Positions 7,994 to 18,472 of a stretch of DNA of 24,000 bases are shown in pieces. The notes under the pieces are model-generated. The model was not told the origin of the DNA. It did not search any database and saw nothing but the letters and a program-made list of their open reading frames with translations. Source of the stretch: Candidatus Omnitrophota bacterium (lineage in GTDB: Bacteria; Omnitrophota; Gorgyraeia; B26-G9); assembly GCA_018813905.1 (NCBI GenBank), contig JAHJAO010000113.1, positions 1 to 24,000 on the forward strand, written 5' to 3'. The stretch's first letter is position 1, and the number at the start of each line of letters is the position of its first letter. Made by a program: the position numbers and the translations under genes.

Positions 7994-8803
7994 ATGAGCG
8001 ATCCAAGACCAATCGGCATTTTTGATTCAGGGTTGGGCGGGCTTACCGTTTTAAAGGAAATACGACATATACTTCCGCAGGAACAAATAATCTATTTTGG
8101 AGATACCGCCCGTGTGCCTTACGGGCCTAAATCCAGGGAAACTGTTCTAAAATTTTCTATAGAGAATATACTTTTCCTGTTAAAGCATAAGGTGAAACTG
8201 ATTGTTGTCGCCTGTAATACTTCCTCCAGTGTCGCCTTGAACCGCGTAGAGAACAGTTTTAGAGTGCCGATTATCGGAGTAATAAAACCCGGCGCAGAGC
8301 AAGCGCTAAATCTGACCAGAAATGGCCGTATCGGGATTATCGGCACAAGGACAACCATCAGAAGCAGAGCTTATGAGAAGCAGATAAAACAAAAAAAGCA
8401 AAACATGAAAATTTATAGCGTAGCGTGTCCTTTATTTGTCCCTTTAGTCGAGGAGGGGTGGACCGGGAACCGCATAACCCGAGAAATAGCGAGAATGTAT
8501 CTTGCCCCGTTTAAAAAATACCGTATTGATACGCTTGTTCTTGGCTGCACGCATTATCCCCTGCTCAAAAACGCAATAAAAGAAGTGTTAGGAACGCGGG
8601 TGCGGCTTGTGGATTCGGCGAAGCAGGTAGCTAAGCAGGTAAGCTGTATTCTCAAAGATAAGCAGATGCTTGCTCTAGGCAATAGAACAAAGAGGCCAAA
8701 AATTCATTTCTTTGTCAGTGACGAGCCGGCAAGCTTCGCCAAGCTTGGCAAAAAATTTTTAGGAATTCCCTTAAAAAACGTTAAGGTGGTGCCCAATGTT
8801 TGA
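7994..8803 (+). CDS. murI: Glutamate racemase
   Basis: MSDPRPIGIFDSGLGGLTVLKEI, VACNTSSSVAL, VLGCTHYPLL. ATG at 7994 follows GGAG at 7985-7988; the track start at 7931 lies inside the preceding gene. Confidence 0.95.
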   Translation: MSDPRPIGIFDSGLGGLTVLKEIRHILPQEQIIYFGDTARVPYGPKSRETVLKFSIENILFLLKHKVKLIVVACNTSSSVALNRVENSFRVPIIGVIKPGAEQALNLTRNGRIGIIGTRTTIRSRAYEKQIKQKKQNMKIYSVACPLFVPLVEEGWTGNRITREIARMYLAPFKKYRIDTLVLGCTHYPLLKNAIKEVLGTRVRLVDSAKQVAKQVSCILKDKQMLALGNRTKRPKIHFFVSDEPASFAKLGKKFLGIPLKNVKVVPNV

Positions 8804-9164
8804 GATAAGCGTAAAAATGGATTTTAGTGCCGCGCATAACCTGCGCAAATATCGCGGTAAATGCGAAAAATTGCATGGACACAACTGGCAGGTGGAAGCC
8901 GTATTCGCCGCCGAAGAGTTGGATAAAATCGGCATGGTTATGGATTTTAAAGCGGTAAGAAAAATTTTGGGTGAAGTTATAATGTATTTTGATCATTGTT
9001 ATATAAATAAAACTGCGTATTTTAAAAAAGTCAACCCAACTTCCGAGAACATTGCCAGATTTATTTACGAAAGATTAAAACAGGAATTAAAAAAACAAAA
9101 AGTTAAGATTAAAAAGGTAAATATCTGGGAGACGCCATGCAGCCGCGCTGCTTTTTACGAATAG
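8796..9164 (+). CDS. queD: 6-carboxy-5,6,7,8-tetrahydropterin synthase (QueD/PTPS family)
   Basis: DFSAAHNLRKYRGKCEKLHGHNWQVEAVF, MVMDFKAVRKIL, NPTSENIARFIYERL; next to queC and queE; overlaps the murI end by 8 nt. Confidence 0.93.
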   Translation: MFEISVKMDFSAAHNLRKYRGKCEKLHGHNWQVEAVFAAEELDKIGMVMDFKAVRKILGEVIMYFDHCYINKTAYFKKVNPTSENIARFIYERLKQELKKQKVKIKKVNIWETPCSRAAFYE

Positions 9165-9169
9165 AATAG

Positions 9170-9877
9170 ATGCTTATGACCGCTCTGGGCATGATTTCAC
9201 ATACAAAAGTTGATTTGAAGACGAAAAAAGCTGTCGTTCTGCTCTCGGGAGGATTAGATTCGGCAGTGACTTTATATCTTGCCAAAAGCAAAGGTTATGA
9301 GGTATTTTGCCTGACTTTTAATTACGGGCAGCGGCATAAAAGAGAGATTCTCGCCGCCAAAAGAATCGCCAAAGCAAGTAAAAGCCGATGGCAGCTGGTT
9401 AGGTTTGAACTGCCCTGGAAAGGCTCATCCCTTTTAGATTGCGCGATGGAGGTACCGGTAAACAGAAAGTTAAAAACAGGAATACCGTCGACATATGTGC
9501 CGGCAAGGAATATAATTTTTTTGAGTTTGGCCGCTTCTTTTGCGCAAGTAATCGGGGCCAAGGTGCTTTTTATCGGCGCAAACGAGATTGATTTTTCCGG
9601 CTATCCGGACTGCCGCAATCGATTTTTAAAAGCGTTTGAACATAGTTTGAGGGAAGGAACCAAAGCCGGCATTGAAGGAAAAAGCTTAACTGTATCCGCG
9701 CCGCTTATAAGGAAGACTAAAACACAGATAATAAAGTTAGCGGTAAAATTGAACGTGCCGCTTGAATATACCTGGTCCTGCTACAAAGGATTGAGGCGGC
9801 CGTGCGGGGAATGTGACAGCTGCCGTATCCGGCAACAGGGGTTTGAAAAAGCTAAATTAAAGGACCCGGCGGTATGA
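9170..9877 (+). CDS. queC: 7-cyano-7-deazaguanine synthase
   Basis: KAVVLLSGGLDSAVTLYLAKSKGYEVFCLTFNYGQRHKRE, YVPARNIIFLSLAAS, SCYKGLRRPCGECDSCRIRQQGF. Confidence 0.96.
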   Translation: MLMTALGMISHTKVDLKTKKAVVLLSGGLDSAVTLYLAKSKGYEVFCLTFNYGQRHKREILAAKRIAKASKSRWQLVRFELPWKGSSLLDCAMEVPVNRKLKTGIPSTYVPARNIIFLSLAASFAQVIGAKVLFIGANEIDFSGYPDCRNRFLKAFEHSLREGTKAGIEGKSLTVSAPLIRKTKTQIIKLAVKLNVPLEYTWSCYKGLRRPCGECDSCRIRQQGFEKAKLKDPAV

Positions 9878-10554
9878 GCAAGGCAAAAATTGCGGAGGTA
9901 TTTTTTAGCCTGCAAGGGGAAGGTCCGTATCTGGGCATGCCGCAGATTTTTATACGTTTTTTCGGCTGCAATTTAAAATGCGTTTTTTGCGATACAAAAC
10001 AATCTGGTTATAGTGAATATGATGTATCTGGCCTTAAGGAAAAGGTAGAAGCGTTAACGCGCAAATACAATACGCAGAGTTTGAGTTTGACCGGAGGGGA
10101 GCCGCTATTGCAGGGCGATTTTATTTTAGATTTTTTAAAAAAAATAAAACGCAATGACCATAAGATATATCTTGAAACAAACGGCGTTTTATTCCGGAAT
10201 TTAAAAAAAATACGGAAGTTTGTCGATGTTATCGCCATGGATATAAAGTTGCCCAGTGCGTCAGGGAACGCAGCTCTATGGGGCGAACATCGCAAGTTTT
10301 TAGAGTTATGCCGGGGCAAAGACTGTTTTGTAAAGTGCGTTGTAACTTTGGATACAAAAGCGGCGGACGTAAAGAAAGCTGCTATTTTGACAAAAAAGTT
10401 TAGTAAAAATACGATGTTTGTGTTGCAACCGAACTATAGTCAAATAGGCAAAAAACTGACGGATAGATGTTTTGCCCTGCGGGATTTGGCCTGTAAATAT
10501 TTGAAGGATGTGCGTGTTTTGCCTCAGGTTCATAAAATTTTAGGGGTACGCTGA
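9874..10554 (+). CDS. queE: 7-carboxy-7-deazaguanine synthase (radical SAM)
   Basis: VFFSLQGEGPYLGMPQIFIRFFGCNLKCVFCDTK (CxxxCxxC) and LTGGEPLLQ; 4-nt overlap with queC. Confidence 0.94.
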   Translation: MSKAKIAEVFFSLQGEGPYLGMPQIFIRFFGCNLKCVFCDTKQSGYSEYDVSGLKEKVEALTRKYNTQSLSLTGGEPLLQGDFILDFLKKIKRNDHKIYLETNGVLFRNLKKIRKFVDVIAMDIKLPSASGNAALWGEHRKFLELCRGKDCFVKCVVTLDTKAADVKKAAILTKKFSKNTMFVLQPNYSQIGKKLTDRCFALRDLACKYLKDVRVLPQVHKILGVR

Positions 10555-10964
10555 TGAAGCAAAAAAGACAGATAAAAAATAAGAATTACGAAAATCGCCA
10601 GGAAAACGTACGCAAACTAAAACTGCCGAAAATTGATGTCTGGAGAAATAAATACGCCGACCGCGACTACTGGATAGACTTGAATGTGCCGGAATTTACC
10701 TGTGTATGCCCAAAGACGGGATTGCCTGATTTCGCCTTACTTAAAATAAAATACCGCCCCGACTTTTATTGCGTGGAATTGAAATCGTTTAAATATTATA
10801 TAAATTCATATCGCAATATCGGAATTTTTCACGAGCATGTCGTAAATAAAGTGCTTGACGATTTTGTAAAAGCCTGTAAACCGCGCGAGGCTCTTATTAG
10901 CGGTATTTTTAATTCTCGAGGCGGAATAGAGACAACGGTAAGCTCTGGATATATAAAGAAATGA
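10554..10964 (+). CDS. queF: NADPH-dependent 7-cyano-7-deazaguanine reductase, short form
   Basis: EFTCVCPKTGLPDFALLKIKYRPDFYCVELKSFKYYINSYRNIGIFHEHVVNKVLDDF...RGGIETTV. Confidence 0.95.
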   Translation: MKQKRQIKNKNYENRQENVRKLKLPKIDVWRNKYADRDYWIDLNVPEFTCVCPKTGLPDFALLKIKYRPDFYCVELKSFKYYINSYRNIGIFHEHVVNKVLDDFVKACKPREALISGIFNSRGGIETTVSSGYIKK

Positions 10965-11800
10965 GAATTATAGGACATAAAATTTTAAAAAGGGCGGTTT
11001 ATGCGCTGGTAACGCGCGCAAATACCGAATTGCGTAGTGATGTCCTGCGTGCTCTAAAACAAGCGCAAAGTAGAGAAAAAAGTGCGTTGGCAAAAAGCGC
11101 GTTGAAGGCGATCCTTGAAAACGCGGCTGTTGCGAAGAAAGAAAAACTGGCTATTTGTCAGGATACGGGATTGCCGGTAGTATTTTTGGAATTGGGACAA
11201 AAAGTATTTGTAAAGGGGGATATAATTGATATCATCGGCCGGGCAATAGAAGAAGGATACAAAAAATCGTATTTTCGTGCTTCCATACAGAAAGACGCGC
11301 TTTCAAGATCGCATCGGCCTTCGTACGGGCCGGTGATTGTGCATACAGATATAGTTCGAGGCAATAAGATAAAAATTACTTTACTGCCGAAAGGCTTTGG
11401 ATGCGAAAATAAAGCGCAGGTGAAAATGTTTGCTCCGACAGCGGCAGTAGCGGAGATCGAAGATTTTGTGGTGGCTGCCGTAAAACAAGCCGGAGCGAGC
11501 GCCTGCCCGCCTTATGTGGTCGGAGTGGGTATCGGGGGGACACAGGACCTTGCGTGCTTACTCGCGAAAAGAGCGCTTCTTTTGCCGATCGATAAAAGGA
11601 ACAAAAGTAAAAATATCGCTATATTGGAACAGAGGTTAAATAAAAGAATAAATACTTTGGGAATCGGCCCGTTCGGGTACGGAGGCAAAACTACGTCTTT
11701 AGCCGTGAAGATTAAAACCTACCCGACGCATATCGCGGGATTGCCGGTGGCCGTGAATATAAGCTGTCATGCCCTGCGCAGCGCAGCTATTTTTATATAG
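10961..11800 (+). CDS. Fumarate hydratase class I-type, alpha subunit (TtdA/FumA N-terminal family)
   Basis: LAICQDTGLPVVFLELGQ, RPSYGPVIVHTDIV, LLPKGFGCENKAQ, ACPPYVVGVGIGGTQDLACLLAKRAL, GPFGYGGKTTSLAVKI. Confidence 0.9.
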   Translation: MRIIGHKILKRAVYALVTRANTELRSDVLRALKQAQSREKSALAKSALKAILENAAVAKKEKLAICQDTGLPVVFLELGQKVFVKGDIIDIIGRAIEEGYKKSYFRASIQKDALSRSHRPSYGPVIVHTDIVRGNKIKITLLPKGFGCENKAQVKMFAPTAAVAEIEDFVVAAVKQAGASACPPYVVGVGIGGTQDLACLLAKRALLLPIDKRNKSKNIAILEQRLNKRINTLGIGPFGYGGKTTSLAVKIKTYPTHIAGLPVAVNISCHALRSAAIFI

Positions 11801-11845
11801 TAAAAAAAACGTAAAGACGAAGGAACTTAAAAGACGTATAAAATA

Positions 11846-12376
11846 ATGTATAAATTAAAAGCTCCTTTAACAAAAGATAAAATTGGAAAGCTGCGAACAG
11901 GCGAGGCGCTTGTATATGACGGTATTTTGTATACGGCCCGCGACCAAGCGCACAGGAGATTTGCGGAATTAATAAAAAAAAATAAGAAGTTGCCAATCGA
12001 TTTAAAAGGGCAGATAATTTATTATTGCGGCCCTAATCCGGCAGCTCCGGGAAAAATAATCGGCGCGTGCGGCCCGACGACTTCGCAGCGCATGGATAGA
12101 TTTGCGCCGGCCTTAATGAAAGCCGGAGTTTTGGGCATGGTTGGTAAAGGGGAGCGTTCACCGGATGTGGTTAGAGCGATAAAGAAATATCGAGCGGTAT
12201 ATTTTGCGACTTACGCCGGATGCGGGGCATTACTTTCCCGATATGTGAAGAATAAAAAAATTGTTTGTTTTGAAGATTTGGGCACGGAAGCGGTTTTTGC
12301 GCTCAATGTTTCCAATTTTCCTTTGCTCGTGGCCGTGGATTGCATGGGAGGTAGCATTTATGATGAGAGAAGGTAG
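11846..12376 (+). CDS. Fumarate hydratase class I-type, beta subunit (TtdB/FumA C-terminal family)
   Basis: [57 protein letters not shown]; adjacent to the alpha subunit. Confidence 0.9.
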   Translation: MYKLKAPLTKDKIGKLRTGEALVYDGILYTARDQAHRRFAELIKKNKKLPIDLKGQIIYYCGPNPAAPGKIIGACGPTTSQRMDRFAPALMKAGVLGMVGKGERSPDVVRAIKKYRAVYFATYAGCGALLSRYVKNKKIVCFEDLGTEAVFALNVSNFPLLVAVDCMGGSIYDERR

Positions 12377-13094
12377 GAGAAAACCGGACGCGATGCGCAA
12401 GATAAAGCTTGTGCGCAATGTCATGAAATACGCAGAGGGTTCTTGTATGATAGAGTTGGGTAATACCAAAGTTATCTGCACGGCATCGTGTGAAGATAAA
12501 GTTCCGCATTTTTTGCGCGACAAGAAAACCGGTTGGATTACCGCCGAATACGCAATGCTGCCGCGTTCTTGCCGCAGCCGGATAACTAGGGAATCAAGCA
12601 TTGGAAAAACAAGCGGTCGCACCCAGGAGATACAGCGTCTTATCGGCCGGTCGTTAAGAACTGTGGTGGATTTGGCTAAATTGGGAGAACGGACAATCTG
12701 GATAGATTGTGATGTTATCCAGGCCGACGGAGGCACGCGCACGGCGGCGATAACCGGAAGTTTTGTTGCTTTGGTTGAGGCATTGCATAAAATGCAAAAA
12801 GACGGTAAAATATCCTCTTTGCCGGTAGAAAAGTTTGTAGCCGCGACAAGCGTGGGTATTATTAAGGGTGCGGCAATACTTGATTTAAATTTTGAAGAGG
12901 ATTCAAATGCCGATGTGGATATGAACGTAATTATGACATCCTCAGGTCAATTTGTCGAAATTCAGGGTACAGCGGAGAAATATCCGTTTAGCCAAAAAGA
13001 ACTTCTGCATTTGCTTGAGCTGGCCCGGGTGGGGATAAAGAAGCTTATTAAATTACAAAAAGAAGCGTTAATGGATATCCCGTTAAAAATTTAG
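12360..13094 (+). CDS. rph: Ribonuclease PH
   Basis: [36 protein letters not shown]...[17 protein letters not shown]...[33 protein letters not shown] at 12346-12351 supports a start at 12360/12363 rather than 12261. Confidence 0.95.
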   Translation: MMREGRRKPDAMRKIKLVRNVMKYAEGSCMIELGNTKVICTASCEDKVPHFLRDKKTGWITAEYAMLPRSCRSRITRESSIGKTSGRTQEIQRLIGRSLRTVVDLAKLGERTIWIDCDVIQADGGTRTAAITGSFVALVEALHKMQKDGKISSLPVEKFVAATSVGIIKGAAILDLNFEEDSNADVDMNVIMTSSGQFVEIQGTAEKYPFSQKELLHLLELARVGIKKLIKLQKEALMDIPLKI

Positions 13095-13107
13095 AGCATA
13101 AAAGAAT

Positions 13108-13716
13108 ATGGAAGTGGTTGTTTCTACGCGTAACCGGAATAAATTTAAAGAAATCAGCCGGATTTTAAAGAATAGCGATATTAAAACTTTGAGTTTGGAC
13201 AAATTTCCGCAAGCGCCGAAAGTAAAAGAAGATGCGTCTACTTTCGAAGGTAATGCCAGCAAAAAAGCGTTAAAGATAGCGCGTTTTACGGGCAGTTTGA
13301 CCGTAGCAGATGATTCCGGGCTGCTTGTGGATGCTTTAAGGGGTGAGCCGGGGATTTTCTCCGCCCGCTTTGCGGGGAAAGGCGCGACTTATGAAAAAAA
13401 CAACAAGAAACTTTTGCGGCTTCTTGCGGGCGTGCCGAAGAAAAAGAGGGGCGCAACTTTTATCTGTTGCGTGGCGGTTGCCGACAGTCGCGGCATTATC
13501 GGCATCGTAAAGGGCATCTGCCGGGGGTATATCAGTGAAAGCCCGGTTGGGGTATGCGGGTTTGGTTATGACCCGATATTTGTTATCCCAAAGCTAAAAA
13601 AGACGTTTGCCCAATTACCCCCCGCGTTGAAAAACAGGATAAGTCATCGGGCCAAAGCGTTTGCCAAAGCCAAAAAGGCGATTTTGAAATATATACAAAA
13701 GAATATAAAGGCGTGA
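13108..13716 (+). CDS. rdgB: XTP/dITP pyrophosphatase (RdgB/HAM1 family)
   Basis: VVSTRNRNKFKEISRIL, TFEGNASKKAL, ADDSGLLVDALRGEPGIFSARFAG, GFGYDPIFVIP, KNRISHRAKA. Confidence 0.94.
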   Translation: MEVVVSTRNRNKFKEISRILKNSDIKTLSLDKFPQAPKVKEDASTFEGNASKKALKIARFTGSLTVADDSGLLVDALRGEPGIFSARFAGKGATYEKNNKKLLRLLAGVPKKKRGATFICCVAVADSRGIIGIVKGICRGYISESPVGVCGFGYDPIFVIPKLKKTFAQLPPALKNRISHRAKAFAKAKKAILKYIQKNIKA

Positions 13717-13720
13717 AAAA

Positions 13721-15508
13721 ATGAGATTATATTTTCGTTTGCTCAAGTTTATAAAACCCCACATTTGGATACTATTTTTGGCGATAATCTTTATGGTTTT
13801 GTCCGCTTTTTTTGACTGCGCCTCTTTAACTATGCTTGTTCCGATAAGCGACCGGGTGTTAGGGCAGCAGAAGATCGTTTTTGACCGGGAACTGCCGCTT
13901 ATTTTGACGCGGGTAATCGACAAGATTAACGCGACACCGCCTTTGACCATGCTGAATATCAGCGTGGTTTGTGTTTTGATAATTTTTGTTTTAAAAGGGG
14001 TATTCTTTTTTGACCGTAGTTATCTTTTGACAAAACTAAGCCAGCTGGTCATCTGCGATATAAGAAATGCGCTGTATAAGAAAATCCAGAATTTCTCGTT
14101 GGAATACTTCTCGCACAGCGTAACCGGACATTTGGTTTCACGCATAACTTACGATGTGGATATTTTACAGGGCGCTATATCCGTGAGTCTGACCGATTTG
14201 GTATACCAGTTTTTTATGATGGCTTTTCTATCCGCGGGGATTTTTTATATCAACTGGAAATGGGCTTTAATGTCACTTGTAATTTTTCCCCTTGTCGCTT
14301 ACCCGATTTATCATGTCGGCAGAGTAATCAGGAAGATTAGCACGCAGGCCCAGGAGAAGATGGGAGAGCTAAACCGTAAATTATTTGAAACCATTTCCGG
14401 GGTGCGGATTGTAAAGGCCTTCAATATGGAAAACGCGGAAATCGGAAAAGTAAAAGCGAATAACTTCGCTTTTTTCCGTATAATGCTCAAATTAAGAAAA
14501 AGAGCGCTGATATTAGGGCCGCTCACGGAATTTATCGGAGCTTGCGGCGGCGCCCTTGTTTTGTATTACGGCGGCAGGGAAGTTATTGCCCAGAGGATGT
14601 CGTTTGGGATGTTTATTTTGTTTTTAGGGGGACTGTTGTCTTTAGTTAGGCCATGTCGCCGGTTGAGCGAGATACATTCCATAAACCAACAAGGTTTGGC
14701 CGCGGCGAAAAGAATTTTTGATGTCCTGGATGCGCCCGTAAAAATAACGGAAAAAATAAAAGCCGTAGAACTCAAATCCATAAACAAAGAGATTATTTTT
14801 GACGATGTAAGTTTTGCCTATGATGACAAGCTGGTTTTAAAAAATATCAACATGAGGGTAAAAAAGGGAGAAGTCGTAGCTTTTGTCGGGCCCAGCGGCG
14901 CGGGAAAGACTACGCTTGTAAATCTTATTCCAAGATTTTATGACCCGACAAAGGGGCGGGTATCTATAGACGGCATTGACGTGAAAGATGCGACTTTTAA
15001 GTCGTTGCGCCGGCAGATTGGGGTGGTAACTCAAGATCTAATTTTATTTAACGATACAATCAGGAACAACATTATTTACGGACGCGAAGATGCTACGGAT
15101 GAAGAAATAATCAAATCGGCAAAGATTGCCGAAGCACTTGAATTTATAGAAGCTTTACCAAAAAAGTTTAATACCAATATCGGAGATATGGGGATGAAGC
15201 TATCCGGCGGGCAAAAGCAACGGTTAGCCATCGCCCGGGCCATAGTCAGCAATCCGCCGATTTTAATACTGGATGAAGCTACTTCTCATCTCGACGCCGA
15301 ATCCACGCGCTTGGTCCAGGAGGCTTTGGACCATGTTTTTATAAACCGTACGGTTTTTGTTATTGCGCACCGTTTAGCTACGGTTAAAAAAGTAGGCAGA
15401 ATTATTGTTTTGGATGACGGTAAAATTATTGGTGAAGGCACGCATGACGAGCTTTTGGTAAAAAGCAGCCTGTATAAAAAACTGTGTGAACTAGAGTTTT
15501 TTGCTTGA
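13721..15508 (+). CDS. ABC exporter, fused TM + ATPase (MsbA-like)
   Basis: Six-TM half followed by Walker A GPSGAGKTT, signature LSGGQKQR, Walker B ILILDEAT and an H-loop. Confidence 0.88.
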   Translation: MRLYFRLLKFIKPHIWILFLAIIFMVLSAFFDCASLTMLVPISDRVLGQQKIVFDRELPLILTRVIDKINATPPLTMLNISVVCVLIIFVLKGVFFFDRSYLLTKLSQLVICDIRNALYKKIQNFSLEYFSHSVTGHLVSRITYDVDILQGAISVSLTDLVYQFFMMAFLSAGIFYINWKWALMSLVIFPLVAYPIYHVGRVIRKISTQAQEKMGELNRKLFETISGVRIVKAFNMENAEIGKVKANNFAFFRIMLKLRKRALILGPLTEFIGACGGALVLYYGGREVIAQRMSFGMFILFLGGLLSLVRPCRRLSEIHSINQQGLAAAKRIFDVLDAPVKITEKIKAVELKSINKEIIFDDVSFAYDDKLVLKNINMRVKKGEVVAFVGPSGAGKTTLVNLIPRFYDPTKGRVSIDGIDVKDATFKSLRRQIGVVTQDLILFNDTIRNNIIYGREDATDEEIIKSAKIAEALEFIEALPKKFNTNIGDMGMKLSGGQKQRLAIARAIVSNPPILILDEATSHLDAESTRLVQEALDHVFINRTVFVIAHRLATVKKVGRIIVLDDGKIIGEGTHDELLVKSSLYKKLCELEFFA

Positions 15509-15585
15509 ACACGAGATGAGTTAGGCTTAATATAATAAGGAATCAAAAGATTGGTTTTGTATATTAGTTGGTATATAAAAAAAAC

Positions 15586-15613
15586 TTGAAAAAATAAAAA
15601 GATATGATATAGT
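15586..15613 (+). promoter_or_regulatory. Putative sigma70-type promoter for the rpsB-tsf-pyrH-frr operon
   Basis: TTGAAA (15586-15591), 16 bp, TATAGT (15608-15613), about 60 nt before the rpsB GTG. Confidence 0.55.
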
Positions 15614-15673
15614 ATTCAAACGATTTATCTTAATAAACGCTAACCTAGGTATAAATAAGAGGAGGATAATTCA

Positions 15674-16582
15674 GTGGTCTCAATAAAACAACTGCTAGAA
15701 GCCGGTGTCCATTTCGGGCACCAAACCCGTCGTTGGAATCCGAAAATGGGGCGTTATATTTTTGGAGAACGAAATGGTATTTATATTGTTAATCTGGAAA
15801 AAACAGAATCCGAGCTCAAAAAGGCATGCGAGTTTTTAAGCGGGCTGGTATCCAGAGGCGAATACGTGTTATTTGTGGGCACGAAAAAGCAGGCGCAACA
15901 GGCTATTGTCGAGGAAGCCAACCGGTGCGGGATGTTTTATGTTGACCAGCGCTGGCTAGGAGGAACGCTGACCAATTTTGAGACTATTAGAAAGAGTGTT
16001 CATCGCCTCGAAACAATCGAACAGATGAGGAGCGACGGCACGTTCGAAAAATTAAAAAAGAAAGAAGTTGCCGTACTAAATAAAGAAATGTCAAAATTAC
16101 TCAAAAACTTAGGCGGTATCCGAAATATGGATAAACTGCCCGGGGCCTTGTTTGTGGTTGACGTCAAGAAGGAGGAGACAGCGGTGAAAGAGGCGAGGCG
16201 GTTGGATATTCCGGTGGTTGCGTTGGTGGACACGAATTCCGATCCCGACATGATTGATTTTGTAATCCCCGGTAATGACGATGCGATAAAGTCCATCCGG
16301 GTTGTATGCCAGGCAGTAGCGGAAGCAGTAGCGGAAGCGGTAGCGGAAGAAAAGAAAAAATTTGAGCAGAGCGCGCCAAAAACAAAAAAGAAGAAAGAAG
16401 AAAAAGCTTTATCCGAAACGGTCCCGATGGATGATGCTGTGGAAGCAATAGTAGAAGAGATTGTGGAAATAAAAGTAGAAAAAGAAGAGGCTAGCCGCGG
16501 CAAGAAAATATCGCCGAAGGTGAAGAAAGCGAGCGACGAAGAGCTAAAAAGAAGAAGTGTTAAAATAAAACGGAAGGCATAA
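15674..16582 (+). CDS. rpsB: 30S ribosomal protein S2 with a charged C-terminal extension
   Basis: [38 protein letters not shown]...MPGALFVVD-type region; GTG start after GGAGG. Confidence 0.97.
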   Translation: MVSIKQLLEAGVHFGHQTRRWNPKMGRYIFGERNGIYIVNLEKTESELKKACEFLSGLVSRGEYVLFVGTKKQAQQAIVEEANRCGMFYVDQRWLGGTLTNFETIRKSVHRLETIEQMRSDGTFEKLKKKEVAVLNKEMSKLLKNLGGIRNMDKLPGALFVVDVKKEETAVKEARRLDIPVVALVDTNSDPDMIDFVIPGNDDAIKSIRVVCQAVAEAVAEAVAEEKKKFEQSAPKTKKKKEEKALSETVPMDDAVEAIVEEIVEIKVEKEEASRGKKISPKVKKASDEELKRRSVKIKRKA

Positions 16583-16585
16583 ATT

Positions 16586-17179
16586 ATGACAGTTCAAATT
16601 GATAAGGTGAAGTTATTAAGAGAAAAGACAAGTGCGGGATTTATCGACTGTAAAAACGCCTTGATAAAGACGAACGGCGATATAGAAAAAGCTGTGGAAG
16701 AATTGAGAAAAAAAGGTTTAGCCGTTGCCGCCAAGCGTTCAGGCAAAGTCGCCAAGGAAGGATGTGTCGCGTCCTATATTCATTTGGGCGGAAAAATTGG
16801 TGTGCTTTTGGAAGTAAACTGCGAGACGGATTTTGTCGCCAAAAATGAACAGTTCCAGCAGTTTGTAAAGGATGTGGCGATGCAGGTGGCGGCCAGCAAT
16901 CCGCAATATCTTAAAATTGAAGATGTTCCGGAAGAAGTAAAAAACAAAGAAAAAGAGATTCTTGCGGCGCAGTCTCCAGATAAGCCGCCGCAGATATTGG
17001 AAAAGATGCTTTCTGGCAAGCTGAACAAGTTTTATCAGGAAGTATGTTTGCTGGAGCAGCCGTTTATTAAAGACGATAAGATTAAGATCAAAGATTATCT
17101 GAATTCGATAATCGGAAAAATCGGCGAGAACATAATGATTAGAAGATTTACCCGTTATCAGCTGGGAGAGGAGATATAA
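16586..17179 (+). CDS. tsf: Translation elongation factor Ts, short form
   Basis: [51 protein letters not shown]...[18 protein letters not shown]. Confidence 0.96.
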   Translation: MTVQIDKVKLLREKTSAGFIDCKNALIKTNGDIEKAVEELRKKGLAVAAKRSGKVAKEGCVASYIHLGGKIGVLLEVNCETDFVAKNEQFQQFVKDVAMQVAASNPQYLKIEDVPEEVKNKEKEILAAQSPDKPPQILEKMLSGKLNKFYQEVCLLEQPFIKDDKIKIKDYLNSIIGKIGENIMIRRFTRYQLGEEI

Positions 17180-17181
17180 TC

Positions 17182-17898
17182 TTGGAAAAACCGGCGTATC
17201 ACCGGATTGTTTTAAAACTTAGCGGTGAAGCGTTTCAATCCCCGCAGGTAGGTTTTGGTATTGATGCCGGGGTGCTTTTAAGCATTGCTACCCAGCTAAA
17301 AGGAATAAAAGCATTAGGCTTAGAAATCGCCATTGTAGTCGGGGCCGGCAATATATTTAGAGCGGCTTCCACGATTGGCCGGGCGATTGACCGATCGACC
17401 GCCGATTATATGGGTATGCTCGCTACGGTCATTAACGGTCTTGCGCTCCAGGATGCGTTAGAAAAGATCGGAGTCCATACGCGCGTACAGACAGCAATCG
17501 AGATGAAAGAGCTGGCCGAGCCTTATATTAAGAGAAAAGCGGTAAGGCACCTTGAAAAAGGAAGAATTGTAATTTTTACAAGCGGTACCGGGAATCCTTA
17601 TTTTACTACGGATACCGCGGCCGCTTTGCGGGCCATCGAGATAAATGCGGATGTTATATTAAAAGCGACAAAAGTGGATGGTGTATATTCGGATGACCCT
17701 ATTAAAAACAGTAAAGCTAAGAAATTTGGCAGGATTAGCTATCTTGAGTTTTTAAAAAAGAATTTAAAAGTTATAGACCGCACTGCAGTCACGCTTTGTA
17801 TGGAAAACAAACTGCCGATTATCATATTTAATTTATTTAAACAGGATAATGTCAAAAATGTAGTTTTAGGCAAAAAAATCGGCACGATTATCGCTTAA
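17182..17898 (+). CDS. pyrH: UMP kinase
   Basis: [89 protein letters not shown]; TTG start with an upstream purine-rich SD. Confidence 0.96.
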   Translation: MEKPAYHRIVLKLSGEAFQSPQVGFGIDAGVLLSIATQLKGIKALGLEIAIVVGAGNIFRAASTIGRAIDRSTADYMGMLATVINGLALQDALEKIGVHTRVQTAIEMKELAEPYIKRKAVRHLEKGRIVIFTSGTGNPYFTTDTAAALRAIEINADVILKATKVDGVYSDDPIKNSKAKKFGRISYLEFLKKNLKVIDRTAVTLCMENKLPIIIFNLFKQDNVKNVVLGKKIGTIIA

Positions 17899-17910
17899 AA
17901 GGAGGAATTT

Positions 17911-18471
17911 ATGGATGTAAAACAAACTCTTCATCAATCGGAAGATAAGATGAAGAAAACTATGGATGTAACCATAAATGACTTTAACTCCGTGCGCACA
18001 GGAAGAGCGAGCGTAACTTTGGTAGAAGGTATTAAGGTTGATTACTATGGCACTCCTACGCCTCTTAAGCAACTGGCGGGCATTTCTACGCCGGAAGCGC
18101 GTTTGCTGGTTATTCAGCCGTGGGATCCGTCGAGTTTAGCCGATATAGAAAAGGCGATTTTAAAATCGGAAATCGGTATTACTCCTTCCAATGACGGGAA
18201 GGTAATCAGGTTAAATGTGCCGACTCTGACGAAAGAAAGGCGCGCCGAACTGGTTAAATTAACGCATAAGATGGCAGAAGAAGGAAGAGTGGCTGTCCGT
18301 GCGATAAGAAGAGACGCCAACGAGCACATAAAACAGATGGAGAAAGAACATAAAATAACTGAAGATCAGTGTTTCAGCGGCCAAGAAGATATTCAGAAAT
18401 TAACCGATAAATACATAAAAGACATCGAAGAACTTTTAAGTAAAAAAGAAAAAGAAATAATGGATATTTAA
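17911..18471 (+). CDS. frr: Ribosome recycling factor
   Basis: FNSVRTGRASVTLVEGIKVDYYGTPTPLKQLAGISTPEARLLVIQPWD, VRLNVPTLTKERRAELVK, VRAIRRDANE. Confidence 0.97.
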   Translation: MDVKQTLHQSEDKMKKTMDVTINDFNSVRTGRASVTLVEGIKVDYYGTPTPLKQLAGISTPEARLLVIQPWDPSSLADIEKAILKSEIGITPSNDGKVIRLNVPTLTKERRAELVKLTHKMAEEGRVAVRAIRRDANEHIKQMEKEHKITEDQCFSGQEDIQKLTDKYIKDIEELLSKKEKEIMDI

Positions 18472-18472
18472 T

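Noticed and set aside
12261-12359. Upstream start of the rph ORF (track start 12261)
   Set aside because: It overlaps the fumarase beta 3' end in another frame; conserved RNase PH sequence begins near [14 protein letters not shown] after GGGAGG.
10965-12376. Fumarase alpha/beta as a broken single gene (pseudogene)
   Set aside because: Both halves have proper starts, stops and motifs; two-subunit class I fumarases are well known.
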